Assembly: GCA_964035575.1 (NCBI GenBank) | Contig: OZ037836.1 | Span: forward strand, 248,001 to 312,000 | Source: Rhynchopus sp. YZ270_cl-10 | Taxonomy: Eukaryota | Direction: 5' to 3' | Length of the DNA stretch: 64,000 nucleotides | Part shown: piece after piece, positions 35,521-47,443 of the stretch | Numbering within the stretch: the stretch's first letter is position 1 | Layout of the letters: every line of letters starts with the position of its first letter | Program-made: the position numbers and the translations under genes | Notes under the pieces: model-generated | Told to the model about the DNA's origin: nothing | Databases searched by the model: none | Seen by the model: only the letters and a program-made list of their open reading frames with translations

Positions 35521-36632
35521 TACTGTGACGGTTTCGGAAAGATCAGGGGTTGCTAATTTTGGAAAAAATCGGCAAAATAATAAAACCTACATTCTCGAAC
35601 TTTTCTACTGACGTGATTTTCATTGGACGCATCCCCAGCCCAATCATTTCGGTTTGTATTATTTCCTTACAAACCGTACGCGTACCGCTTCGTATGTTGT
35701 ATACAAAAAAAATAATAATGGAAAAACGGTACCAAAAACGTACCAAAAAAAATGTGTGTCATATTGTTTCCCGAAAAAAAAAATGGGGAAACAGAAAGGT
35801 TTTTGATAAACATTATCAACACAAAAACCAGCGCGTGTGGAAAGAAAAAAAGGGAGAGAGGAAATAAATATTTTTACTGAATTGAAAGTGGCTGTTTACA
35901 TTTTGGGTACGGTGAGGAAAATAAAATCTGTTTGACAAAAAGAAACAATCTTCTTTTTTGTCTTCACCTACACAACTCGAAGATTTTCTACACAAATAAT
36001 TTTATTGGACACACCTCAAAAGATACCACATTCAAAATTATTACGCATCCACTTGCAGTTTGAATAAAGAAAACGAAGACGAAAAAGGGGGTTTGGGGGG
36101 AACTTTGTAACAACATGGGGGAGGGAAATCACACACCCCACACAGCTCCTTCGATCTTTATCACAGCTTTTTGATAAAAAGTAATGAACACAAAAAACCA
36201 GCGCGTGTGTAAGAAAAAATTATTTCGCGTCCACTCGACGTTTGGATAAAGAAAACTAGAGATGAAAGGGGGTTTGGGGGGAAGAGTTTAATTCTTGAAC
36301 GCATCCCCACACTCAGTCACACATTCAAAAAACAAACTGCAGCGTGTCTCCTCTTCCACGTACAACGACCATTGCTAAAACATGCAGGACGAAAGCACAA
36401 AGAGAGAAAACATTTTACTGCCGCAATTGCGAGTTTCGGTCTGAGCCTGCATGTCGTAAGGCAGCAGTCTAAACCAATAAAACATAGGCGTGACTATGAG
36501 ATACCGCGACTGGAAATATTATGGACCCAAATTAAGTGCCAAATGAGCCTCAAAAAACGTAATTAATTATTAGGTCCATAATATTTTGCTTCTTTTTATT
36601 TGAAAAATTTGGTTTGTATTAGTGTAGCCACC

Positions 36633-36835
36633 CTAGACATACACTCAATGCGAGTCGCATGCGAGAATCATTATCGCATTATCATACACCATTCTCGCAT
36701 GCGATAATCATTATCGCTCACGTAGAAGGATTTTGGTCGTGCGAGAGTGAGGGATAATGTGCGATAATCGTGCGATAATTTTTTCGCCAGACCAGACTTC
36801 TGCGAGAATGCGACTCGCATCGGGTATATATCTAG
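36633..36835. mobile_element. ~200-bp MITE with tgcga-rich interior, inserted into a copy of the dispersed GTGGACAC hairpin motif
   Basis: IR ctagacatacactcaatgcgagtcgcat / atgcgactcgcatcgggtatatatctag. Confidence 0.65.
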
Positions 36836-37107
36836 AGTGTGCTCCAGTATTTACTTATTTGGTCCATAATATTTCCCAACGGCGGTAAGTCGTTAAAACA
36901 GCAGTGAGACAATGGGACACCACTGTGTCTGATTAGGGGAGCAACGTTGCGTCAGGAAAGAATAGACACAAACTGTGTTATCAGGTTTCATACACCTTTC
37001 CCTCTTGTCTCGTAAGAACAACCAAACATACTCAGCCTTGGTAGCTTTGTCGCCACTGCACAAGCCGTTGTGGGTGTCATCGCCGTCTTACTCAGTAACT
37101 TTATTTA

Positions 37108-37336
37108 CCGAACCCTCCCCCGTGAAATTGCCCCCCCCCTGAGGGAAAACGTGAGGGGGGGGAGACACTGTCTCGTCCCTAACGGTGCTGTTCAAAAGGG
37201 GGGAAAATTTCTCGTACTGTAGGGGGGTGGCCGTTTTGGATGTGAGGAAAGGTTGTCCCCCTTACCCGCTTGAAATTGTCCCTGGCGGCAAAATACCGGT
37301 TTTTGGGGGGAGGGAAATTTCACGGGGGAGGGTCCG
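37108..37336. mobile_element. MITE with TA flanks (Tc1/mariner-like)
   Basis: ta-ccgaaccctcccccgtgaaatt / aatttcacgggggagggtccg-ta. Confidence 0.75.
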
Positions 37337-37621
37337 TACTACTTCAAAAAACTCTCTATTTTTGTTGTATCGACAATCACCTACCGGGTAGGATCTGTAC
37401 ACAATGTCGCCCTAAGGCTTTGTACTTAATCGGTATGGACGGAGGCCATCCTCAACCACGGTGTAAAAATCTAGCTTTTTCAGCACAGAGTCACACATCG
37501 AATCCTTTTTTGCGGAGCAAAAAAGGAAAAATGGCGCCGCAGGCAAAAAAAAAATTGAGGTACAGCCTGGATGGTGCGGTCAGCAACCCAGTTCCCATGG
37601 TATTCCCGTGGTTCAACACCA

Positions 37622-37652
<31 letters not shown>

Positions 37653-39749
37653 CCTTTTTTTCAGACTTCTGTTGCGCCGCAACAGAACTTTATACGGTAG
37701 CGGAGCCCCTGAACTTGGTTGTATTAGTGTAGACACCCGAGGATGAACTCCACTATACAAAACGCTGTTAAGTAACCGCTGATGAACACTTTTTTTTTTT
37801 GGTTTTGGTTGAGACACACGACACACCAAAGGTCGGTTGTGTGGAATCACTGAATCACAGATAATGAGTGACCTACCCTGCCACATCGTTGATTCTTCTT
37901 TCCCTGCGTTTGACTGCAGGAACGTTCGCGTCACATCGCGACCAGGCGTTTGTGTAGGTGGAGAACAAAACAGTTTCTGATGAAAGGTCCTGCGGCGGTT
38001 TTCTGATCCATGCAATGCTAAAAAAGGACATTGAACCACCGTACCCTCACTCCCTTCCTTTTTCTAATCCGGGGCGGGTTGGAGTAAAGCCACACTTCAC
38101 CGACAGGTCGAGGTGTGAAACGTTTTACCACAACCTCTCCCGATTTTATTGCTATATTGTTTGCGGGGGTGGGGGAAAGACACAAAAAGGAAACATAGGA
38201 GTGCGGTTTCAATTTCACAAAGGATACACGACTTATCTGGAAAGACAGTCTGACCAAAAGTCATAATATTGGCTGCATTTATGCACACACTAACACACCA
38301 CAGGCAAAACCCGCTTGTTACTACGAATTTGTCTGCACATCAGTTTTTGTCTTTTTTGTTGTTGTTTTTTATCTTTTATTTTTTACTTGTTACTAGCCCT
38401 GGAGGACGTGTTGTTCTGTGTGGGCTAGCCGGGTCTTGCGACCCGACTGGTGCCTCTTTTACTCGTTGAGCGGCTTTTTTGTTGTTTTTTTTCCACAGAT
38501 TTTATTTTTCATTAAAAGCTTCACGCGTACGCTTTCTAGTTTCTGGGAGACACACAAGGTGCCAGGTTCTATGATATGCACGGAACCACCCTGCACCTGT
38601 GTGTCTGCTGCGACAAAAAACGCTACAGCAAACGAAAAGACAGGTCATTAAGAAGCCTTTTTTTCCTGCAGTGACGTTCCCCCGCCTGGTTCCCGTCCCA
38701 GAAAATTGCTGATGCAGGTTCGTTAAAACTCGCGCACTTTATTTATTTTTTCCTGTTTTCCCCCCTACCTGGCCACCACGTATTACCTTCCACATGTGGG
38801 ACGTGTGATTTTCCATACGTGAATTAATTTTGATTTTTCCCTACGTGTGATTTCCCATACGTGGAAATCATACGTGTTTTTTTTTTTTTTTTTTTTTTTA
38901 GTTTTGTTCATACTTGTAGCTAACTAGCCGTGGTACGTGGCGATTTTTTTAGCCAAAAGAAAGGAAAAAATCGGCCGGAAATAAATTTCCCTCCGGCAAT
39001 AAATTTCCTTCCAGGATATGCACCTGGGAACTGGGTTGCATCCTGTACCTTAATTTTTTTTGCCTGCGGCGCCATTTTTCCTTTTTTGCTCCGCAAAAAG
39101 GGTTCGTTTGGTGTCAATAGCCATATTCGTACACCGTACTCTAATTTTTTTTCGCCTGCGGCGCCATAAAAAAATGCAGTTCCCTATCAGGGGTCGCGCT
39201 GGATTACTACCGACTACCGTAGATTTTGGTGATTTTGCTCGGTACGTTTTTCCTTGCTAAAACCAGAATCTCATATTTCATGTAAGTGTGTTTTTACACG
39301 CACATGCGACCTCACCGTGGAGAGCATCCGGCTCGCGCAATCAAAAGAAAGCAGGGAAAAGGGAAAAGAAAAGGCAAAAGTTGGGCACCGTGCGCCTGCG
39401 GCGCTACCTGTTCCCAGTCAAAACACCACAATTTCATGGTTTTCAGACCTGAAAATGACCATTGTTTGCGAGTATGGGTTCATATTTTGCGGAAATTTAA
39501 ATCACCAAAATTTTGTACATATGAGCGGAGATGCCCCGCCAACGTACGGGGCCGAAAGCTCGGAATGGGTTTACCGGGCCACATATGAGCCGAGATGCCC
39601 CGCCAACGTGCGGGGCCGAAAGCTCGGAATGGGTTTTTTTTTTTTTTTAAATTTAGTGTCCCATACGTGTCCCATACGCAGGGCTATCGAGAAGGGGTTT
39701 TGGGGGGCATCATATATCATATTTCATATTTCAAAATCATATTCATATA

Positions 39750-41094
39750 CATAGCGCTCCAATTAGAGTGTTAGGGTATAATTAGAGTCTGGGATTTTGG
39801 GTCAAGTCAGTTAGAGTCCAGTTAGAGTATAATTAGAGTCGCTTTTCTTCAATTAGACTATAATTAGAGCGCAGTTAGAGCATAATTAGACTCTAACTAC
39901 ACTCTAATTATAGTCTAATTAGAGTAAAACAACAGGCTTCTTGTAGGTGCAAACGCCTTAAGGAACCGGTTCCCCTAAGGTTCCTCTGTAGGACCCAGGT
40001 GTCCAGGTGCCCACATAGCTGAGAATAAGACTTGGGGACCCGGGACCCGGTTATTCTCAGCCGGACTGGGACACAACTATGTGAAGGCGCTGTGGGTCCG
40101 CCTGAAAGCGGGTCGGGGACCCGGTCGCGGGAGGGTGGGGGCCTAGTCCAAGTCCTACTGTACCTAGTACCCGGGACTCGGGACCCGGCTTATTCTCAGC
40201 TATGGGTACCCGGACCCGCAGTGGCACATGCCCTCAAGTGTGAGTGACCCACACATGAGGGAATGCGACACCGCAAAAACTCTTCGTGCACCTTCGGGTG
40301 CAATGCCGCAGACAGGCCAAACAGCGTTGGACTCAGAGGAATTCCTGCTGTGCAGGTAACAAACATGAGAACCAACTCCCAGTAACAAGGGGCGCCTTTT
40401 GGCGGGCGTTGTTGAGGGTGTTTGGGGTGCAAAGTTTTCCACAATTTTGATGCGCGGGTACAGAAGTGTTGTCTTGTTCTTTCATCTCTAGGAATGTAAA
40501 TGTCAATCGAGTTTAACTACCACTAAGGGGTCGAAGGGGATAATCCCAGTATCAAAGGTTGTGTCGACGGGAAATCTATGAGTATACGTTCATTTCATCC
40601 GCAGAAATAACTACTTATGAACCCAGGAGAGATCCAAGCCTCGCGCTAAACCACCACCCGCGATTGACTTAGATGTTATAACAAAGAGAATTCATAACAA
40701 ACAACACCCTACCCCATGCACACTAAAGTGCCATGCTTCAAGTGATCATGCCCTGGGCCAAAATTCCTGTGCTAAAAAGGCAACAAGACCAGTGTGAATT
40801 GTGCACTGGTTTTCTGGGGGAACAAACAATATTTTCTTGTATCTAGTCCTCTGCAAGCAGAAAACAGACGTTCTGGATTACAAAATCGAATTTCTTGCAC
40901 TGGCTATGCTCCCTGGGTTTATGGCTATAGCATTGGTTGATGTGCCCCTCTTATTGACCCTATTATAAGACTCTAATTAGAGTCTAATTAGAGTCCAGTT
41001 AGAGTATTAGAGTTCAGTTAGAGTTTTAAAGACTCTAATTATACTCTAACTGCCGACTCTAATTATCTAGTTGGAGTCTAATTAGAGCGCTATG
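39750..41094. mobile_element. Nested CATAG-terminal element with aattagagt subterminal repeats
   Basis: TIR catagcgctccaattaga / tctaattagagcgctatg; dense aattagag/ctctaatt repeats at both ends; flanks catata / tatata. Confidence 0.8.
40014..40204. mobile_element. Small nested CATAG-terminal MITE
   Basis: TIR catagctgagaataag / cttattctcagctatg; internal gggacccg repeats; TSD imperfect. Confidence 0.72.
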
Positions 41095-41102
41095 TATATA
41101 TT

Positions 41103-41709
41103 CAGAGTGTTTTCCACGGTGGTTTTGGGTGGCATGACATGCCACCCAAGATTTTTGGGGTGGTTTTTGGGTGGCATATATGCCACCCAAGATTTTCTTC
41201 TTTTTTTTTTGAGTGTTGTATGACCTGTGACCCCACCACGGAGAGCACGTGGCTCGCTGAGTTGCTCGAATTGCCTGCAGCTACCCAACAAACATCATCA
41301 CCGTCTCAGCTTCCTTCACGAGCCGTTCAGCCTCCACCACCTTCACAAGCCAAAGTAAATAGGGCAAAAGTAGCGTACCGTGCGCCTGCGGCGCTCTTAC
41401 TGTCTTCATAAAGACAAAAGCACATTGCCAATATTGTGAATAGTGCAATTTTTTCCGCCTGCGGCGCCTACCTCCTTCCCCTCTCCTTCCTGTGATTGAC
41501 AGGGAGTCGCGCGCGCGACGACCGCTAGGGCTCGAAGAAAGCTCGGGGGTGCCAAATTTTGAGACCAAAAACCAAGCGGAAGCCCTGTTCGGGTAAATCA
41601 GGTACAGTGTTTAAGAGGGGGCCTTCCGCGCGGGAGAATTTTTTTTTTGGCCTAAAAAAAAAAAATATGCCACCCAAAAAAAAAATGTCAGATCCTGGAA
41701 AACACCCTG
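41103..41709. mobile_element. Nested hAT-like MITE
   Basis: TIR cagagtgttttcca / tggaaaacaccctg; gggtggcat/atgccaccc subterminal repeats; TSD unclear. Confidence 0.68.
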
Positions 41710-41714
41710 TAATA

Positions 41715-42011
41715 CAGGCACTCCGCTAGGTACTAAAGTTCTGTTGATTGTCAACAGAACTTTTTGAAAATGGGGAAAAAAAGAAAAAAAAAAAAGTTCT
41801 GCTGAGTGGTTCAGACCCGTTCTACCTGTCAAAAAAGCTCAGGAGAAGAAGATATGGAGAGGTGAGTGCTCAAACGTCCCAAAAAAGTCAAAATCGGGCG
41901 TTGGTAAAAAAAAAAGTTGCGTACCGTGCGCCTGCGGCGCAAGCATGTACCCCACCAACGTGGACCATCAACAGAATATTTTCAAAATCGGAAATCCTAG
42001 CGGAGAGCCTG
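41715..42011. mobile_element. Nested hAT-like MITE (297 bp)
   Basis: TIR caggcactccgctagg / cctagcggagagcctg; 8-bp TSD ctgtaata (41707-41714, 42012-42019). Confidence 0.88.
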
Positions 42012-42887
42012 CTGTAATATTTCAAAAAAAAAAAAAAAAAACACGAGTTTACGGGCAAAAACCCATTCCGAGCTTTCGGCCCCGCACGTTGGCGGGGCAT
42101 CTCCCCTCATATGTGGATATGTCCGGAAAATTTTCAGGAAAGTGCCGGGCATATACACATCAAAATGGGTCCGGACATATCCACGGGGGGGATAGGTACT
42201 TAAAAAATGGAATTGAAAGCCGTGTTCAAAATCTTTCAATTGCGGCCAGGTACGATCAAATATTTGCATCTGGGGTCCCTTTACCGGTTGGAAAGTCCCA
42301 AAAACCAAAACTCAAAAGTGGGTCCAGGGATTACGCAGCTCCCCCAAAAATAAAAAAAAGTACGTATGGATTTTCAACACGTACAATTCTAAGCAAAAAC
42401 AATTCGCGCTTCGCGCGCGCTCTCCCTGGCAAAGTTGGTTGAGAAGGGCTGTGAAAGTTCGAAGAACTGGAGAAATCATCAGTCATGGCACTGGCGAAGC
42501 CACGGTACGCAACATTTCTAAAAATTGCGATTAAAATTGCCTACTATGTCACGGGAAGGGTGTACTGCAATCTAGCGCCGCAGGCGCACGGTACGCTACT
42601 TTTTTTCTTTCGCCATGCTGCATGCTCCTTTTCCGGTAAAATAGAAAATTGTCTCCTACAAATAGGATTCTGTAGGGGGTAGGTGAGAGGTGGGGGCGGA
42701 GCCCCACTCCTCACCTACCCCACCCCAGCCCCAATCCAAAACCCAAATTACCTAAGTATGGACACGTATGGATTCCACCTTTTCAAAAACAATTCACGTA
42801 TGGATTTCCATACGTTCCACACGTGGAGCGTAATCTCTGAGTGGGTCCAAAAAACGGCTTGGGGTAAGGGGTTAACAAAAATTTAAA

Positions 42888-43430
42888 GTTTAAGGTGTAC
42901 CTCTGCGAGCGTAGCGAGCGGAAAATTTTTTGAAGGTGTACCGCCGCGAGCGCAGCGAGCGGGAAAATATTTTAAGGTGTACCTCCGCGAGCGTAGCGAG
43001 CGGAAAATTTTTAAGGTGTACTTCCGCGAGCGAAGCGAGCGGGAAAAAAATTGAAGGTGTACCTCCGCGAGCGTAGCGAGCGGGAAAATATTTTAAGGTG
43101 TACCTCCGCGAGCGTAGCGAGCGGAAAATTTTTAAGGTGTACTTCCGCGAGCGAAGCGAGCGGGGAAAAAATTGAAGGTGTACCTCCGCGAGCGTAGCGA
43201 GCGGAAAATTTTTAAGGTGTACTTCCGCGAGCGAAGCGAGCGGGAAAAAAATTGAAGGTGTACCTCTGCGAGCGTAGCGAGCGGAAAATTTTTTGAAGGT
43301 GTACCGCCGCGAGCGCAGCGAGCGGGAAAATATTTTAAGGTGTACTTCCGCGAGCGAAGCGAGCGGGGAAAAAATTGAAGGTGTACCTCCGCGAGCGTAG
43401 CGAGCGGAAAAAATTTTGAAGGTGTACATT
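42888..43430. repeat. Tandem array, ~40-42-bp unit (aaggtgtacctccgcgagcgNagcgagcgg-A/T tract), about 13-14 copies
   Basis: Directly visible; no unique spacers. Confidence 0.95.
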
Positions 43431-43811
43431 AAACTTTAAACAAGGGGGTACGCCCACTTTTGTCGTCATCCTAAAATACCCGAAATTGAGCCCAATTGCA
43501 TTTCCGGATCGATTGCGGAAAGTGGTAGGGTAAATGAACAACACCAAATACCTACGCCCCCCCGTGCATATGTCCGTGTTGGTCGAGGCTCGGACATATA
43601 CACATACTCAGTTCAGGTAGTATACTACAGTGTACAGCGGCAAAAACCCATTCCGAGCTTTCGGCTCCGCACGTTGGCGGGGCATCTCCGTTCATATGTG
43701 GCCTGGTAAACCCATTCCGAGCTTTCGGCTCCGCACGTTGGCGGGGCATCTCTGATCATATTTGGCCTGGTAAAAAAAAAAAAAAAAATTTTTTTTTTTT
43801 AAAAAGGCGAT

Positions 43812-44487
43812 CAGGGTTTCCGCTTATCTTCATGGAAAATTTTTTTTTTCCAAAACCGTGAAGATATGAAGATATGTCTAAAAAGGGGTCAAAAAAAATT
43901 TTTCGCGCTCCGCGCGAAAAGGTCCGTTCATTCCAGGTAAATACGTGATGACGTGGGATGGTAATGTACATCAAGAACCAAACCAACCCTTTTTCTCATG
44001 TTTTTTCTACGCCTGCCTTCCCTCAGTACAGGAAGAAGCGGTGGTCATAATATCAAAACTTTTTGGCGAAGCCACGGTACGCAACATTTCAAAAATTGTG
44101 ACTTAAAATCAAACATTTTTACAGACAAACTATGGTAGAGGGCTGTGGGATTCCGCTCATAAGTTTTGCGCCGCAGGCGCACGGTACGCTACTTTTTTTA
44201 TTTTTGCCGATCCCTTATTCTCACTCTTTGTCAAATGGTGCAAAGATTGAGGGAATTGGGGGCACAGTCTGAAGCTTTACCTCGCTATATCCTCTTCACA
44301 ATGATACCAGGAAGGGGATAAGACGCGCTTCGCGCGCGCGCGACGCCCTGCCTCCCCTTTTTTTCTGGGTTTTTTTTTTTTTTTTTTTATTCTCATGAAG
44401 ATATCTTCATGGGAAAAAACGGGAAAATCCCAGATTTTTTTTTTTTTTGAAGATTTTTTGGGTCATATCTTCATAGCGGAAACACTG
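43812..44487. mobile_element. Nested hAT-like MITE (676 bp)
   Basis: TIR cagggtttccgct / agcggaaacactg; 8-bp TSD aaggcgat (43804-43811, 44488-44495); atcttcat/atgaagat subterminal repeats. Confidence 0.88.
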
Positions 44488-44744
44488 AAGGCGATCATAT
44501 TTCATATCTCTTACCGATAGCCCTGTCTCATACGTATTAAATTTCAGAAGCCCCCCCCAATGGTAACCACTGCTGGCCACCCCTGAATTATTATTTTCCC
44601 CCCAAAACCCAGGGACAGTATTAGTGAGGGGGGACTGTGTTCAGAATTAATAAGACTCCGTTATGTTGGGGTTTGGGTGTAGCTGCAATATTTTTGATAC
44701 TTCAGTTCCTACCTAGGGATATACCCTTTCAGACCTGGGGGCCG

Positions 44745-47178
44745 TTAGATTTTCACGGTGAGATCATTCACGTTGGCTTGATCCTCGCAAAGTGGGAGAC
44801 ACTTGGCCCCTTCTGCAAGCATCCCGTCATCGCAGTAGCTCATCAAGCACGTCTGTTCCTTCTCGAAACTGTCCCACATTTGCATCTGGCACGCGTGGAG
44901 CTTCTCCACAACCACCTTGTCAAACGCGTCAGGTACTGCGTCGTACTTCCTTTTGCGGTACAGGTCTGTAATCTCCTGCAAGGGGTCCGTGTCGTCTTCC
45001 TCCATCTGGTACATCCTGTGTGGAAAAAAAAAAGGGGGGGGGAAACATTTTCCAGTGTCGCTTCGAAGGCTTGTAAGAAGACTCTCTGTGTCACTTTAGA
45101 TTTGGCACCTAAGTGTCTGTGTTAAAGTTCACGACATACCATTCAGCAACCTTGCATACACGCTCCTCGAGCAAAGCGTGGACGCTAACAACGTTGGCCG
45201 TAGGCGTGAGCACAAAGGCGACAGTGCGGATGAGGAACCTGTCGAACAAAGCGTTCGCGATTCTGTCACAGCAGCAGAAGGTCGTGGTCCCCTCCCGCGA
45301 CAGCTGCGCCGACGCGCCAAGGACGTAGCGCAGCTGGTTCTTCCCCGCCTCACCCACAACAGCAAAGTTGCGGAACGTCTGCGACCCAACGTTCCCATGC
45401 TTGAAGCGACGGTGCACCACACCACAGCTGCTGCCTGCAGACTGCAACATGAGGACAATAGAGCAGGCACGCGAGCAAGCGTCCATGCACTTCTTTGCAA
45501 CGTTGAACGAAATCAGGAATGTACACGGGTCCATCGACGAGCATTGATGGAGCACGCCGTGACCTTGCACCGCACTCTCAATGTCACTAACCACTTTGGC
45601 GTAGGTTGTCCCGAGATCGGCTTCGATGCTGTCCTTGATCTTCAACATGACCAGCGCACCTGAGACGCTGCCTGACAGGACCAGGTTCGTCGTCACGCCG
45701 CTGTTCACCACATAAGATGAACACCCTGTGTACGACGTGGGCGAGTCCCTGCTCCTCTGGCTCTGCGAGCCTGAAACGTTCGAAGCTGATTCTGGTTCGT
45801 CCACGAAGAGATGAGTCGGCAGGAAGGCTTTGTACTCCACAAGACTCTTGACACAGAAGCGGAGAGCGTCCTCCAGTAGGCACACCTCCTTGCACCCCAA
45901 GACAGGGCCCTCCTTCAGCATGCCGGCGCACGTCTCCAAGTCCATCATCTGCAGAGGCACAACAGCAAGCGTGAGTGTGCGCAGTGGCGCCCCAATGAGG
46001 AAGATCTCAAGCACACCTATGAAAACGTCGAAGGCAAACACCGTCGCCGCAAAGATGATGAACACCGTCACTGCGCTGTTCATCTGTGACTGGATCGTCG
46101 ACACGTCTCTGAACCACACCAGGTAGATGTGCGGCAGCTTGTCTTCTGGATGCGACGACCTCTCGTGTATGAGTACCTGCGACATCCAGTGGTCGCCGTT
46201 TGCCGTCGACGCACGCACAAAGGTCCCTGGTGCGGTGTTATTCAGCCTCCGCACCACGTCCTGCGCAACCTGGGGCATCTGCCACAGGTAGCGCAGACAT
46301 GGGTGGAACTCCGTCAGGTCGTCGGCACGTGTTGCGTCCTTGCATAACGTGTCTGGCCGTGCCTCGGGAAAGTTCCCAGCAAACACAGCACTCAGCCCAC
46401 CATTCGCATTCGAGGCCAACATCACTTTGGAGTTGGGTGTGTGGTAGGACATCAGAATCTCGTCCCACTTCGACAGCAGAAAGTCGCAGGCAATCAGAAT
46501 ACTGTAGCCAGCGAACAGCGGGTTCGGAATGTCGGTCAGAACCACCGCCACTTCGAGGTACGCGTACGCGCTCTCGTCGGAGGAGAACCACACAGAGGGA
46601 TCCACCCACACTTCCATCGCCTCGCGCGCAAAAAACCGGGCACTCGTGTAGTTGTAGATGTTGTCTGTCACCAGCCCCGTCACAGGGTCCAGTGCGTGGC
46701 ACATGATGCACGGCTTCGCACACTCCGTCGCAGGGTCGTCCACACCAGGAAGGTGTCTGCAGGACACGTACTCCCTGACCCCGCTCAGAAGAGGGTCGTA
46801 CCACACCGAATTGTGGAAGCCTTCTCCAGTCGCGTTGTTGTAGCCAATGAACTGTCCAGCTTCTAGCCCGTCCTGCGCACGCTTCAGGTCGATGAACACA
46901 CGCTCCTTCGACCACACCCAGAACTCTTCTGGGGTGTTCAGGCCCTGGTACTGCTGGAGCATGTCCCCGTAGCTGCGACACGACCACACCGTCTGGTCAA
47001 GCGCCCCTTTCGTGCCGTCGCCCAACGCCTGCAGATCCGACTGACACACCTCCTCCACTGTGTCCGTCAGCACCGAGAGCCCCTGGTAGTACATCACGAG
47101 ACCACCTCCAAGGGAAGCAAGCGTCGATGTCATCCCCGTGAATATCACGAACCATGTCGTTGCGAACCTGACAGGCAT
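44745..47178 (-). CDS. Receptor-type adenylate/guanylate cyclase-like membrane protein (exons 47178-45140, 45015-44745; 769 aa), cyclase domain degenerate
   Basis: Two TM segments around a large extracytoplasmic region; HAMP/S-helix-like PLRTL...KEV..LEDAL.FCVKSLVEYKAFLP; class-III-cyclase-like HGNVGSQTFRNFAVVGE; GTATG..CACAG intron restores EWMYQM in frame. Confidence 0.72.
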
Positions 47179-47336
47179 GTTATGTTGACTTGAGTTGTGT
47201 ATTATCTGAATGTGGGTAAGGTAGTGGTCATGAGAGGGGACAAGCAAGGAGCACTTACTAAAAGGATTGTGTGTGCAAGAGACAACAAACAGTTGTGTGG
47301 GAGAGTTCTTTAGCTTTGTTTTTGAAATCCTCATTG

Positions 47337-47371
47337 TATTAGTGTGGACACCCGAGGATGTGCTCCACTAT
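47337..47371. repeat. Dispersed conserved hairpin motif GTATTAGTGTGGACACCCGAGGATGTGCTCCACT
   Basis: Copies at ~36616 (interrupted), ~37721, ~47337, ~50452, ~53199 and ~60420 (diverged), all in the same orientation. Confidence 0.75.
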
Positions 47372-47443
47372 GTGTTCCTTTTGAAATTGGCATCATCCTT
47401 TCGTTCACTTGCCCTGCTAACCGGGGGGTGGTGGTGGGTCAAC

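Larger units (their letters stand above)
39679..44525. mobile_element. Nested hAT-like non-autonomous element
   Basis: TIR cagggctatcg / cgatagccctg; flanks tcccatacg / tctcatacg (1 mismatch); tcatat subterminal repeats at both ends. Confidence 0.7.
38777..44572. mobile_element. Probable outermost element of a second nested transposon cluster
   Basis: 8-bp direct repeat ctggccac (38769-38776, 44573-44580); degenerate TIR cacgtattacc / ggtaaccactg; catacgt subterminal motifs. Confidence 0.5.

Noticed and set aside
42888..43430. CRISPR-like array (also 19726-19955) and ORF 42890-43429
   Set aside because: No unique spacers, no cas genes and a eukaryotic context; the ORF is just translated repeat.
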